From an uncultured Actinomycetes bacterium (GTDB lineage: Bacteria > Actinomycetota > Thermoleophilia > RBG-16-64-13): a stretch of 64,000 nt of DNA. The translations under genes were made by a program, and so were the position numbers. The first letter of the stretch is position 1; each line of letters begins with the position of its first letter. Of the stretch, positions 23,730-32,745 are shown piece after piece. The stretch covers positions 1,709 through 65,708 of the forward strand of contig CAVPLM010000017.1 in assembly GCA_963706025.1 (NCBI GenBank). Direction: 5' to 3'. Below the pieces are notes generated by a model. The model saw nothing but the letters and a program-made list of their open reading frames with translations. It was not told the DNA's origin and made no database searches.

Positions 23730-26330
23730 ATGGGAAAAGTGGAACGGCTGACAAACTGTACGACGGGCGGTCCCGTATTCGTGGATGTGAAAGACGGCAA
23801 GATCATCCGCATGACGCCCATCGACCTGGATGAGCACGATGCACAGGGCTGGACGATCGAGGCTCGGGGGCGCGAATTCAAGCCCCGGAGGCGGACCACG
23901 CTGTCTCCACACGCCGTGGCTCAGAAGTCGATGGTCTACTCACCCAAAAGGATCCTGACCCCGCTCAAGCGGGTCGATTTCGACCCGAAGGGCGCCCGCA
24001 ACATGCAGAACCGGGGCGTGTCTGGATACGAGCCCATTTCGTGGGACGAGGCCCTTGACATCGTCTGCGATGAGGTCGTCCGGGTGAAGAGGGAGGTCGG
24101 TCCGGCGGCGATCCTCTCTACTCCGGGTTCCCACCACCTGTGGGGGAATGTGGGTTATCGCCACAGCACGTATTTCCGCTTCATGAACCTGGTCGGCTTC
24201 ACCTACGGTGAGCACAACCCCGACAGCTGGGAAGGTTGGCACTGGGGCGGCATGCACATGTGGGGCAACAGCCACCGTTTGGGCATCCCCGAGCAGTACG
24301 ATCTGCTCGAGGACGCCCTCAAGCACACCGACATGGTCGTCTTCTGGTCCTCAGACCCGGAGACCAGCGGGGGCGGCATCTACTCGGCCTTCGAGAGCAC
24401 CCCGCGCCGCTTCTGGATGAAGGAGCTCGGGATCAAGATGGTGTTCGTCGATCCCTACTTCAACCACACCGCCGGACTGTACGCCGACAAATGGTTCTCG
24501 CCTCGTCTGGGGACCGACGTGGCTTTCGGGCTGGGCATCGCCTTCACCTGGCTCACCGAGGATCTCTACGACAAGCAGTATGTGACCGATCGCACCGTCG
24601 GCTTTGACGAGTGGAAGGACTACGTGCTCGGTAAGAGCGACGGCGTTCCCAAGACGCCGGAGTGGGCCGAAGTCGAGAGCGGCATCCCCGCGCGTGAGAT
24701 CCGGGCTCTGGCTCGCGAGTGGGGCTCCAAGAAGACCATGCTGGCCGCCGGCGGCCTGGGCGGCTGGGGCGGCGCCTGCCGTGCGGCCACAGGCAACGAG
24801 TGGGCTCGGGTCATGATCGCCCTAGCGGCGATGCAGGGTTACGGCAAGCCGGGCAGCAACATCTGGGGCACCTCGCAGGGTGCTCCGGCCGACGAGTCGT
24901 TCTTCTTCCCGGGCTACGCGGAGGGCGGAATCTCCGGCGACGTCGACAACTCGGCCGCTGGGTACGAATTCGTGTATCGGATGTTCGCGAACACCCGCGG
25001 GGCCACTCGGACCGCTCATCACTCGACCGAAGGCCAGACGGTGCCGCGGATCCGGATCCCCGAGGCCATGATGCACGAAAAGGTGGAGTGGAGAGGCAAA
25101 GGCTTCTGCGGCTCGTCCATCGAGTCGCAGTTTCAGAAGTACGAGTATCCCGCACCAGGCTATCCGCATGTGGAGATGTACTGGAAGTACGGCACCTCTT
25201 TCATCGGCACGATGACCGAGACCAACCGCTATGTGACGGCGTATCGGGAAGGCAAAGTGCCTTTCGTGGTCAACCAGTCCATCTGGTTCGAAGGGGAAGC
25301 CCGGTTCGCAGACGTCATCCTGCCGGCCTGCACCAACTTCGAGCGCTGGGACATCAGCGAGTTCGCCAACTGCTCGGGCTACATCCCTCATACCGGTGCC
25401 GGCCAGTGCAACCACCGGATGATCGTATTGCAGAAGAAGTGCATCGAGCCCCTTGGGGAGAGCAAGTCGGACTACGAAATCTACCGCATGTTCGCGGAGC
25501 GGCTGGGCATCGGCGAGATCTTCACGATGGGCGGCAAGGACGAATACCAGTGGGTCAAGGACTACTTCGACGCCACCGACCTGCCGAAGAACATCAGCTG
25601 GAAGGATTTCGAGAAGAAGGGCTACTACGTGGTGCCCTTCCCGGCCGACCACAAATCCACCCCGGCCATGCGCTGGTTCGCCGAAGGGCGCAAGAAGGAC
25701 ACGCCGGACTGGGGCCCGCATCCCGCGGACACCGTCGCGCTGGAAGGTCTGCAGACTACGACCGGCAAGATCGAGTTCGTGTCGAGCAGCCTGAAGCGCT
25801 TCGAAGCCGGCGGGGTCGTCGATCCCGAACGGCCGATCATGGGCCCGCAGTACATCCCGTCCTGGGAGGGCCATCGCACCGAAGAGCTTGTCGTCAAGTA
25901 CCCGCTGCAGATGGTCTCCCCGCACCCGCGCTTCAGCTTCCACACCATGGGCGACAGCAAGGAGAGCTGGCTGAACGAGGTGAAGGACCACCGGGTGCTG
26001 GTGAACGGCCACCGCTACTGGATCATGCGCCTGAACACCAAGGACGCGGAGGCTCGTGGCATCGAAGAGGGCAACCTCATCCGGGCGTTCAACGATCGCG
26101 GCTCGGTGATCCTCGCCGCCCAGGTGGGCGAGCGGGTACCCGCGGGCACGGTGCACTCCTACGAGTCCTGCGCCGACTACCTGCCGCTGGGTGAACCCGG
26201 GTATTCGCCGGACACTGCAGGGTGCGTTAACATTCTCGCGCCTAAGCGCTTCATAACGCCGACGTCCACGGCCATGGCCAACAACTCCTGCCTTATCCAG
26301 GTGGAGAAATGGGAGGGAGAAACTAAATGA
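23730..26330 (+). CDS. athL: Pyrogallol-phloroglucinol transhydroxylase-like large (bis-MGD) subunit, copy alpha1
   Basis: ATG 23730 lies 10 nt after GGAGG. MGKVERLTNCTTGGPVFVDVKDGKIIRMTP..., PDSWEGWHWGGMHMWG, SQSIWFEGEARFADVILPACTNFERWDISEFANCSGY. Collinear with my memory of Pelobacter AthL. No twin-arginine motif and no N-terminal Cys cluster. Confidence 0.85.
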   Translation: MGKVERLTNCTTGGPVFVDVKDGKIIRMTPIDLDEHDAQGWTIEARGREFKPRRRTTLSPHAVAQKSMVYSPKRILTPLKRVDFDPKGARNMQNRGVSGYEPISWDEALDIVCDEVVRVKREVGPAAILSTPGSHHLWGNVGYRHSTYFRFMNLVGFTYGEHNPDSWEGWHWGGMHMWGNSHRLGIPEQYDLLEDALKHTDMVVFWSSDPETSGGGIYSAFESTPRRFWMKELGIKMVFVDPYFNHTAGLYADKWFSPRLGTDVAFGLGIAFTWLTEDLYDKQYVTDRTVGFDEWKDYVLGKSDGVPKTPEWAEVESGIPAREIRALAREWGSKKTMLAAGGLGGWGGACRAATGNEWARVMIALAAMQGYGKPGSNIWGTSQGAPADESFFFPGYAEGGISGDVDNSAAGYEFVYRMFANTRGATRTAHHSTEGQTVPRIRIPEAMMHEKVEWRGKGFCGSSIESQFQKYEYPAPGYPHVEMYWKYGTSFIGTMTETNRYVTAYREGKVPFVVNQSIWFEGEARFADVILPACTNFERWDISEFANCSGYIPHTGAGQCNHRMIVLQKKCIEPLGESKSDYEIYRMFAERLGIGEIFTMGGKDEYQWVKDYFDATDLPKNISWKDFEKKGYYVVPFPADHKSTPAMRWFAEGRKKDTPDWGPHPADTVALEGLQTTTGKIEFVSSSLKRFEAGGVVDPERPIMGPQYIPSWEGHRTEELVVKYPLQMVSPHPRFSFHTMGDSKESWLNEVKDHRVLVNGHRYWIMRLNTKDAEARGIEEGNLIRAFNDRGSVILAAQVGERVPAGTVHSYESCADYLPLGEPGYSPDTAGCVNILAPKRFITPTSTAMANNSCLIQVEKWEGETK

Positions 26331-27166
26331 AGAAGTGGAACATGGTCATCGACCTTGCCCGCTGTCACGACTGCAACGACTGCTTCTTGGCCGACAAGGA
26401 CGAGTTCGTAGGCAATGACTTTCCGCCGTACTCCCTGGCTCAGCCCTGGTCGGGTCACCGCTGGATGAACATCGAGCGCAAAGAGCGGGGCCAGTATCCC
26501 ATCGTCCAGGTGTGCTACCTGCCGCGTCCCTGCATGCACTGTGACGAGCCCCACTGCCTGAGGGACTCGCCCAAGAAGACGATCGAGAAGCGCAAAGACG
26601 GCATCGTTCTCATCGATCCCAAGAAGGCCAAAGGCCACCCGGAGATCGTAGACACCTGCCCCTACGGCTCCATCTACTGGAACGAGGAAGCTCAAGTGGC
26701 CCAGAAATGCACGGGCTGCGTGCATCTGCTCGAGGATGACTGGACCGAGACCCGCTGCTCGCAGGTGTGCCCCACCGAGGCCATCAAGCTGGTCATGGCC
26801 GAGGACGAAGACATGGCCGCGATGGTAGCCGCCGAAGGACTGGAGGTCATGCATCCCGAGTTCGGCACCAAGCCTCGGGTCTACTATAAGAACCTCTACC
26901 GCTGGACGAAGGTGTTCGTTTCCGGCAGCGTGGCCTACGCAGACACCGATGAGTGTGCAGAAGGCGCCCGCGTGATGGTGGCCGAAGTGGGCCATTCGGT
27001 GGGCGAGGGCGTGGTCAACAACTACGGCGAGTTCGTTGTCGACAAGCTCGAGCCGGGCAAAACGTACACCGTCGTCGTAACCGCCGGGGGGTACCAACCC
27101 TATTCGGCCGATGTCACCCTGGACAAGAGCCTCAACATAGGGCTGATACAGCTCGAAAAGGCCTAG
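26327..27166 (+). CDS. bthL: Transhydroxylase-like small subunit (3x[4Fe-4S]-type + C-terminal Ig-like domain), beta1
   Basis: ATG overlaps the alpha1 stop. VIDLARCHDCNDC, CMHCDEPHC, VAQKCTGCVHLL, GTKPRVYYKNLYRW, then a CarboxypepD_reg-like tail. Confidence 0.85.
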   Translation: MKKWNMVIDLARCHDCNDCFLADKDEFVGNDFPPYSLAQPWSGHRWMNIERKERGQYPIVQVCYLPRPCMHCDEPHCLRDSPKKTIEKRKDGIVLIDPKKAKGHPEIVDTCPYGSIYWNEEAQVAQKCTGCVHLLEDDWTETRCSQVCPTEAIKLVMAEDEDMAAMVAAEGLEVMHPEFGTKPRVYYKNLYRWTKVFVSGSVAYADTDECAEGARVMVAEVGHSVGEGVVNNYGEFVVDKLEPGKTYTVVVTAGGYQPYSADVTLDKSLNIGLIQLEKA

Positions 27167-27220
27167 ACCGCGAGTATCCGACCGCCGCGGCCGCATCGCG
27201 GCCGCGCGTGCTGCGACCAT

Positions 27221-27246
27221 CGGGGCCCGCCGCAAGGCGGGCCCCG
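27221..27246 (+). terminator. GC hairpin (11-bp stem, GCAA loop) between beta1 and alpha2; possible terminator or attenuator
   Basis: CGGGGCCCGCC-gcaa-GGCGGGCCCCG. A second 9-bp hairpin lies at 27186-27206. No U-tract. Confidence 0.35.
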
Positions 27247-27371
27247 AAGCCTTGGGCGAAACGCCAGAGGGCGCGCCGCTCTGTCGGGGGATCGACCCTC
27301 GCAGCCGTCTATGCGTGGCCCCCACACGCCGCTAAACTGGGATTCGTCGACGCCCAAGCGAAGGGGGATGC

Positions 27372-29978
27372 ATGCCAGACGGGAAGGAGCGGGCCGGAGG
27401 GGGCGAGAAGACCATAGTCCGCGACCTCAGTTGGTGCGGGGTGGGTGCCGGTGCTAACGCATCGATGGTGGACGTGAAGGGTGGCAAGATACTCCGCATC
27501 CGTCCCGCCCGCTATTACGAGCGGTACAGCAAAGAAGAGGTCAAGCCCTGGGTCATGCACGCTCGGGGCAGGACTTTCGAGCCCAGCGAAAAGAGCCTCA
27601 TCCCTCCGCTCAGTATCGCCTACAAGAAGCGAGTCTACTCCCCGGCCCGCATACGCTTCCCTATGAGGCGGGTCGATTTCGATCCCAGGCGCCAAGCGGA
27701 GAGGCGCAACCCTCAGAACCGGGGAGCGAGCAAGTACGTCCGTATCTCCTGGGACGAGGCCCTCGAGATCATCACGAGCGAGATGCTCCGCATCAAGGAG
27801 ACGTACGGTCCCACCGCCCTCCTCTACCAGTCCGACCAGCACGGCGAGAACAAGGTGGTGCACGGTCCCCACGGCTGCGGGCGCAAGCTGCTCAGGCTCT
27901 TTGGCGGCTACACCCTTCAGGTCCGCCAGCCCGACAGCTGGGAGGGCTGGTGGTGGGGGGCGAAGCACGTGTGGGGCTGCGAGCCGGTCGGCCAGCAGAT
28001 GCCTCAGAAGAATCTCCTTCTCGACATCTCCGAGAACGCCGAACTCCTCCTCTTCTGGGGTTGCGACCAGGAGACCAACACGTGGGGATGGCAGGGGCAA
28101 CTGCCCAGCCGCTTGACCTATTGGTGGACCGAGCTCGGCATCAAGCAGATTTATGTCGCCCCGGACTGCAACTACGCCAACGCGGTCCACGCCGACAAGT
28201 GGATCCCCGTCCTTCCCAACACCGACGCCGCCCTCTATCTGGCCATCGCCCATCACTGGTTCAAGAACGGGACCTACGACAAGGAGTACCTCCACAGCCA
28301 CGCCTACGGGGTGGACAAGTTCGAAGCCTACGTCATGGGCGAGGAAGACGGGGTCGCGAAGACCCCCGAATGGGCGGCCCCGATCACCGGGGTTCCTTCG
28401 CGCACCATCAAGGCGCTGGCGCAGGAGTGGGCCTCCAAGCGCACCACGGTCGTTATCTGCAACGGGGGCCCGGGCATCCGCGGCCCCTATGCGACCGAGC
28501 CGGCCCGGCTGCAGGTGCTCTGCCTGGCCATGCAGGGACTGGGCAGACCGGGCTGCAACCAGGCCAAGATGATCGAGTGGGGTCTGCACCATGACCTGGA
28601 ACAGATGTCGCCCCCGGCGCCCTCGGTGTTCACCAGCCTGCTCGACGCCTACACGGGTGGTACTCCGGCCGACACCAATCACCCCTCGTTCCTCCCCAAG
28701 ACCCTGGTGCCCAAGGCCATCCTGGAAGGGTCGTGCGACTGGTGGGGCAACGAGAGCGAGTTTGCCGTCCGCGAGAACCAGTTCGTGCACTACAAGTACC
28801 CGGCCGACGGCTGCTCGCGGGTCCACATGATCTGGACCGATTCCCCCTCCTGGATAACCTGCTGGAACGACGGCAACAACTTCATCCGGGCCCTGCGCGA
28901 CGAGTCGATCGAGTTCATCTTCTGCCAGCACCCCTGGCTGGAGAACGACGCCCTGTTCGCCGACGTCATCCTACCGGTGAACACCAAGCTGGAGGAGGAC
29001 GACATCGGCAGCGACGTGTTCGGAGGGCAGATGAACCTGCTCTTCCCGGAGCCTAGGTGTATGGAGCCCCTGGGCGAGTCATGCAGCGACTACGAAGCTG
29101 TGTGCAAGATCGCCGAACGGCTGGGGCTGCTGGAGGAGTACACAGGGGGTAAGACCATCCCCGAACTGATCAAGCTCGGCTACGAGACTTCCGGCGCCGG
29201 CCATCTTGTGACTTGGGAACGATTGCAGGAGAAGGGCTACTACGTGGTCCCGCCCGATCCCGACTGGGAGAAGATCCCAGCCGGGCTCATCCAGTTCTAC
29301 GAGGATCCAGAGGGGAAACCGCTCACCACGCCTACCGGCAAGCTGGAGTTCTATGCGACCGGCCTGGCCGAGCATTTCCCCGACGACGACGAGCGAGGGC
29401 CCGTGCCGAAGTGGATCGCGCAGGGCGAGACTCACGAAGAGAGCTTGGGGACCGAGCGGAGTAATAGGTATCCCCTGCTGGTCATGAGCAACCATCCCCG
29501 CTGGGGGGTCCACTCCCAGCACGACGACATCACCTGGTTTCGGGAGATCGAGACCTGCAAGGTTCGGGGCTCGGACGGCTACCAGTATCATCCCCTGTGG
29601 ATGAACCCCAAGGACGCCGAAGCCCGAGGCATCAAGAAGGGCGACGTGGTCGGCATCTTCAACGAGCGGGGCATGGTCCTCGCCGGCGCCTACGTGACCG
29701 AACGCATAATGCCTGGGGTGGTGGGGATCGACCACGGGGCGAAATACGACCCCATCGTCCCCGGTGAGATCGACCGGGGCGGAGCTATCAACACCATCGT
29801 CCCCCGCAACACGACCTCCAAGAACGCGGTGGGAATGGTCGTATCCGGTTTTCTCGCGGAAGTGGAAAAGGCCGATCTGGAGGCTTTGAAGGCCAAATAC
29901 CCCGAAGTCTTCGGGCGCGAGTGCCACCCGGCTGCCGGCCCGTGCCTGGCCGGAGTGCTCATGGAGGCTGTGGAGTGA
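27372..29978 (+). CDS. Transhydroxylase-family molybdopterin large subunit, divergent clade, copy alpha2
   Basis: Intact 868 aa. RBS AAGGGGGA. PDSWEGWWWGAKHVWGCEPVGQQMPQKNLL, MIWTDSPSWITCWNDGNNFIRA, CQHPWLENDALFADVILPVNTKLEEDDIGSD. No TAT motif. Confidence 0.85.
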   Translation: MPDGKERAGGGEKTIVRDLSWCGVGAGANASMVDVKGGKILRIRPARYYERYSKEEVKPWVMHARGRTFEPSEKSLIPPLSIAYKKRVYSPARIRFPMRRVDFDPRRQAERRNPQNRGASKYVRISWDEALEIITSEMLRIKETYGPTALLYQSDQHGENKVVHGPHGCGRKLLRLFGGYTLQVRQPDSWEGWWWGAKHVWGCEPVGQQMPQKNLLLDISENAELLLFWGCDQETNTWGWQGQLPSRLTYWWTELGIKQIYVAPDCNYANAVHADKWIPVLPNTDAALYLAIAHHWFKNGTYDKEYLHSHAYGVDKFEAYVMGEEDGVAKTPEWAAPITGVPSRTIKALAQEWASKRTTVVICNGGPGIRGPYATEPARLQVLCLAMQGLGRPGCNQAKMIEWGLHHDLEQMSPPAPSVFTSLLDAYTGGTPADTNHPSFLPKTLVPKAILEGSCDWWGNESEFAVRENQFVHYKYPADGCSRVHMIWTDSPSWITCWNDGNNFIRALRDESIEFIFCQHPWLENDALFADVILPVNTKLEEDDIGSDVFGGQMNLLFPEPRCMEPLGESCSDYEAVCKIAERLGLLEEYTGGKTIPELIKLGYETSGAGHLVTWERLQEKGYYVVPPDPDWEKIPAGLIQFYEDPEGKPLTTPTGKLEFYATGLAEHFPDDDERGPVPKWIAQGETHEESLGTERSNRYPLLVMSNHPRWGVHSQHDDITWFREIETCKVRGSDGYQYHPLWMNPKDAEARGIKKGDVVGIFNERGMVLAGAYVTERIMPGVVGIDHGAKYDPIVPGEIDRGGAINTIVPRNTTSKNAVGMVVSGFLAEVEKADLEALKAKYPEVFGRECHPAAGPCLAGVLMEAVE

Positions 29979-30029
29979 TGCCTGCGCCGTTACACTAGGA
30001 TCTGTCGACGCGTGACGTAAGGGGGACAT

Positions 30030-32655
30030 ATGCCTGACGGTGAAAAGCGGGGCAACGGAGACGAGAGGACCGTCGTCCGCGACATGTGTTTCATCGGGAT
30101 CAGTTGGGGCGGCAACGCCTGCATGGTCGATGTCAAGGACGGCAAGGTGCTGCGCATCCGCCCGGCCCGCTTCTACGACAAGTACACCAAGGAAGAGGTC
30201 AAGCCCTGGGTCATGGAAGCCCGGGGCAAGACCTTCGATCCGGGGGAGAAGACGCTGCCGCCGCCCTTCAGCATCGCTTACAAGAAACGGGTCTTCTCGC
30301 CCGCCCGCATCCGCTACCCCATGAAGCGGGTGGATTTCGACCCGGCTGGCGCCCCCGGCTCTGTCGGCCCGGGGGGCCGCAACATCCAGAAACGCGGTGT
30401 GAGCAAATACGTACGCATATCCTGGGACGAAGCCCTCGACATCATCACCGGCGAGATGCTCCGTATCAAGGAGACCTACGGCCCCACCGCCATCCTCTAC
30501 CAGAACGACCAGCACGGCGAGAACAAGACCGTCCACGGACCGCACGGCTGCGGGCGCAAGCTGCTCGACCTCTTCGGAGGCTACACCCACCAGGTCCGTA
30601 ACGCCGACAGCTGGGAGGGCTGGTACTGGGGAGCCAAGCACGTGTGGGGCTGCGAGCCCATCGGCCAGCAGCTCCCTCAGAAGAACCTGCTCCTCGACAT
30701 CTCGAGAAACGCGGAGCTCCTCCTCTTCTGGGGCTGCGACCCGGAGGCCACCCCCTGGGGCTGGGGCGGGCAGTTGGTCAGCCGTTTCAACTATTGGTGG
30801 ACGGAGCTGGGGATCAAGCAGATCTACATCGCCCCGGACGTGAACTACGGCAACGCCGTCCACGCCGACAAGTGGATCCCCGTCCTTCCCAACACCGACG
30901 CCGCCTTGTATTTAGCCATCGCCCATCGCTGGTTCACGAAAGGCACCTACGACAAGGCCTATCTGGAGACCCACGCCTACGGGGTGGAGGAGTTCGAGGC
31001 CTACGTGATGGGCGAGGAAGACGGGGTGCCCAAAAGCCCGGAGTGGGCGGCTCCCATCACCGGGGTGTCGGCCCGCATCATCAAGGCCCTGGCCGACGAG
31101 TGGGCTTCCAAGCCCACCACCATCGTCATCAGCAACGGGGGCCCGGCCATCCGCGGCCCCTATGCCACCGAACCGGCCCGTCTACAGTGCCTCTGTCTGG
31201 CCATGCAGGGGCTGGGCAGACCGGGCTGTAACCAGGCCAAGATGATCGAGTGGGCGCTCGCCCGCGATCCCGAGAACCAGGCAGCGCCCAAGCCCGAGGT
31301 CTCCATCAGTCTGGACGCCGCCTACCGGGGCGACGGACCGCCCGAGTACAAACGCGACTCCTGCATCCCCAAGACCCTGGTACCCAAGCTTATCCTGGAG
31401 GGCGAGGGCACCTGGTACGGCAACCGCTACGGCATGCGGAGCGACCGGCTAGACCAGTTCGTCCAGTACAAGTATCCCGCCGACGGGGCCTCCAAGATCC
31501 ACATGATCTGGACCGACTCCCCCTCCTGGATCACCTGCTGGAACGACGGCAACAACTTCATCCGAGCCCTCAGGCACCCCGACATCGAGTTCGTCTTCTG
31601 CCAGCACCCCTGGCTGGAGAACGACGCCCTCTTCTCAGACGTCATCCTGCCGGTGAACACCAAGCTGGAAGAGGACGACATCGGCAGCGACATCTTCAGC
31701 GGGCAGATGGATATGCTCTTCCCCGAGCCCCGCTGCATGGAGTCGCTGGGCGAGTCGTGCAGCGACTACGAGGTGGTCTGCAAGCTGGCCGAGCGCCTGG
31801 GACTGCTGGAGGAGTACACGGGGGGAGAGAGCATCCCCGAGATCATCAAGTCCGGCTGGGAGTATTCCGGCGTGGCCGACAAGATCAGTTGGGAGGAGTT
31901 GAACGAGAAGGGCTACTACGTGGTCTCCCCCGATCCCGACTGGGAGAAGATCCCCGCCGGCTTCATCGAGTTCTACCAGGACCCGGAAGGACATCCCCTC
32001 TCCACCCCCACCGGCAAGCTGGAGTTCTACTCCACCGGCCTGGCCGAGCACTTCCCCGACGACCCGGAGCGCCCCCCCGTGCCCAAGTGGATCCCGGAAG
32101 GGGAATCCCACCAGGAGACGCTGGGGACCGAGAGGTCGAAGAAGTATCCCCTGCTGGTCATGAGTAACCACCCCCGCTGGGGGGTGCACTCCCAGCACGA
32201 CGACGTCACTTGGCTTCGGGAGATCGAGACCTGCAAGATCCGGGGGAAGGACGGGTACCATTACCATCCCCTGTGGATCCATCCGCTCGACGCCGAAGCC
32301 CGGGGCGTCAAGCACGGCGACGTGGTCTCCATCTACAACGAGCGGGGCACCGTGCTGGCCGGGCGCCTACGTGACCGAGAGGATCATGCCCGGCGCCGTG
32401 GGCATCGACCACGGGGCCAAGTACGACCCCATCGTCCCCGGGGAGATCGACCGGGGGGGGGTGATCAACACCATCGTCCCCCGCAACTGCACCTCCAAGA
32501 ACACCGTGGGCATGGTGGTCTCCGGCTTCCTTGTCGAGGTGGAGAAGGCCGACCTCGAGGCGCTGAGGGCGAAGTATCCGGAGGCCTTCGAACGCGAATG
32601 CCACCCCACCGCCGGCCCGTGCCTGGCCGGAGTGCTGATGGAGGGGGTGGAGTGA
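30030..32655 (+). pseudogene. Transhydroxylase-family large subunit, copy alpha3, single +1 frameshift at about 32361-32363
   Basis: Same clade as alpha2. The reading ...VLAG|AYVTERIMPG is broken by an extra G (gccgggcgcctac versus gccggcgcctac in the paralogues). The C-terminus continues in ORF 32371..32655. Confidence 0.8.
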
Positions 32656-32745
32656 TACCTGCGCCTGCTGGGCCGCAACGCTCTGGGCGCGCCCGGCCGG
32701 CGCCGTTACACTGAAGACCGTCGACGCTTGACCGAAGGGGGATAC

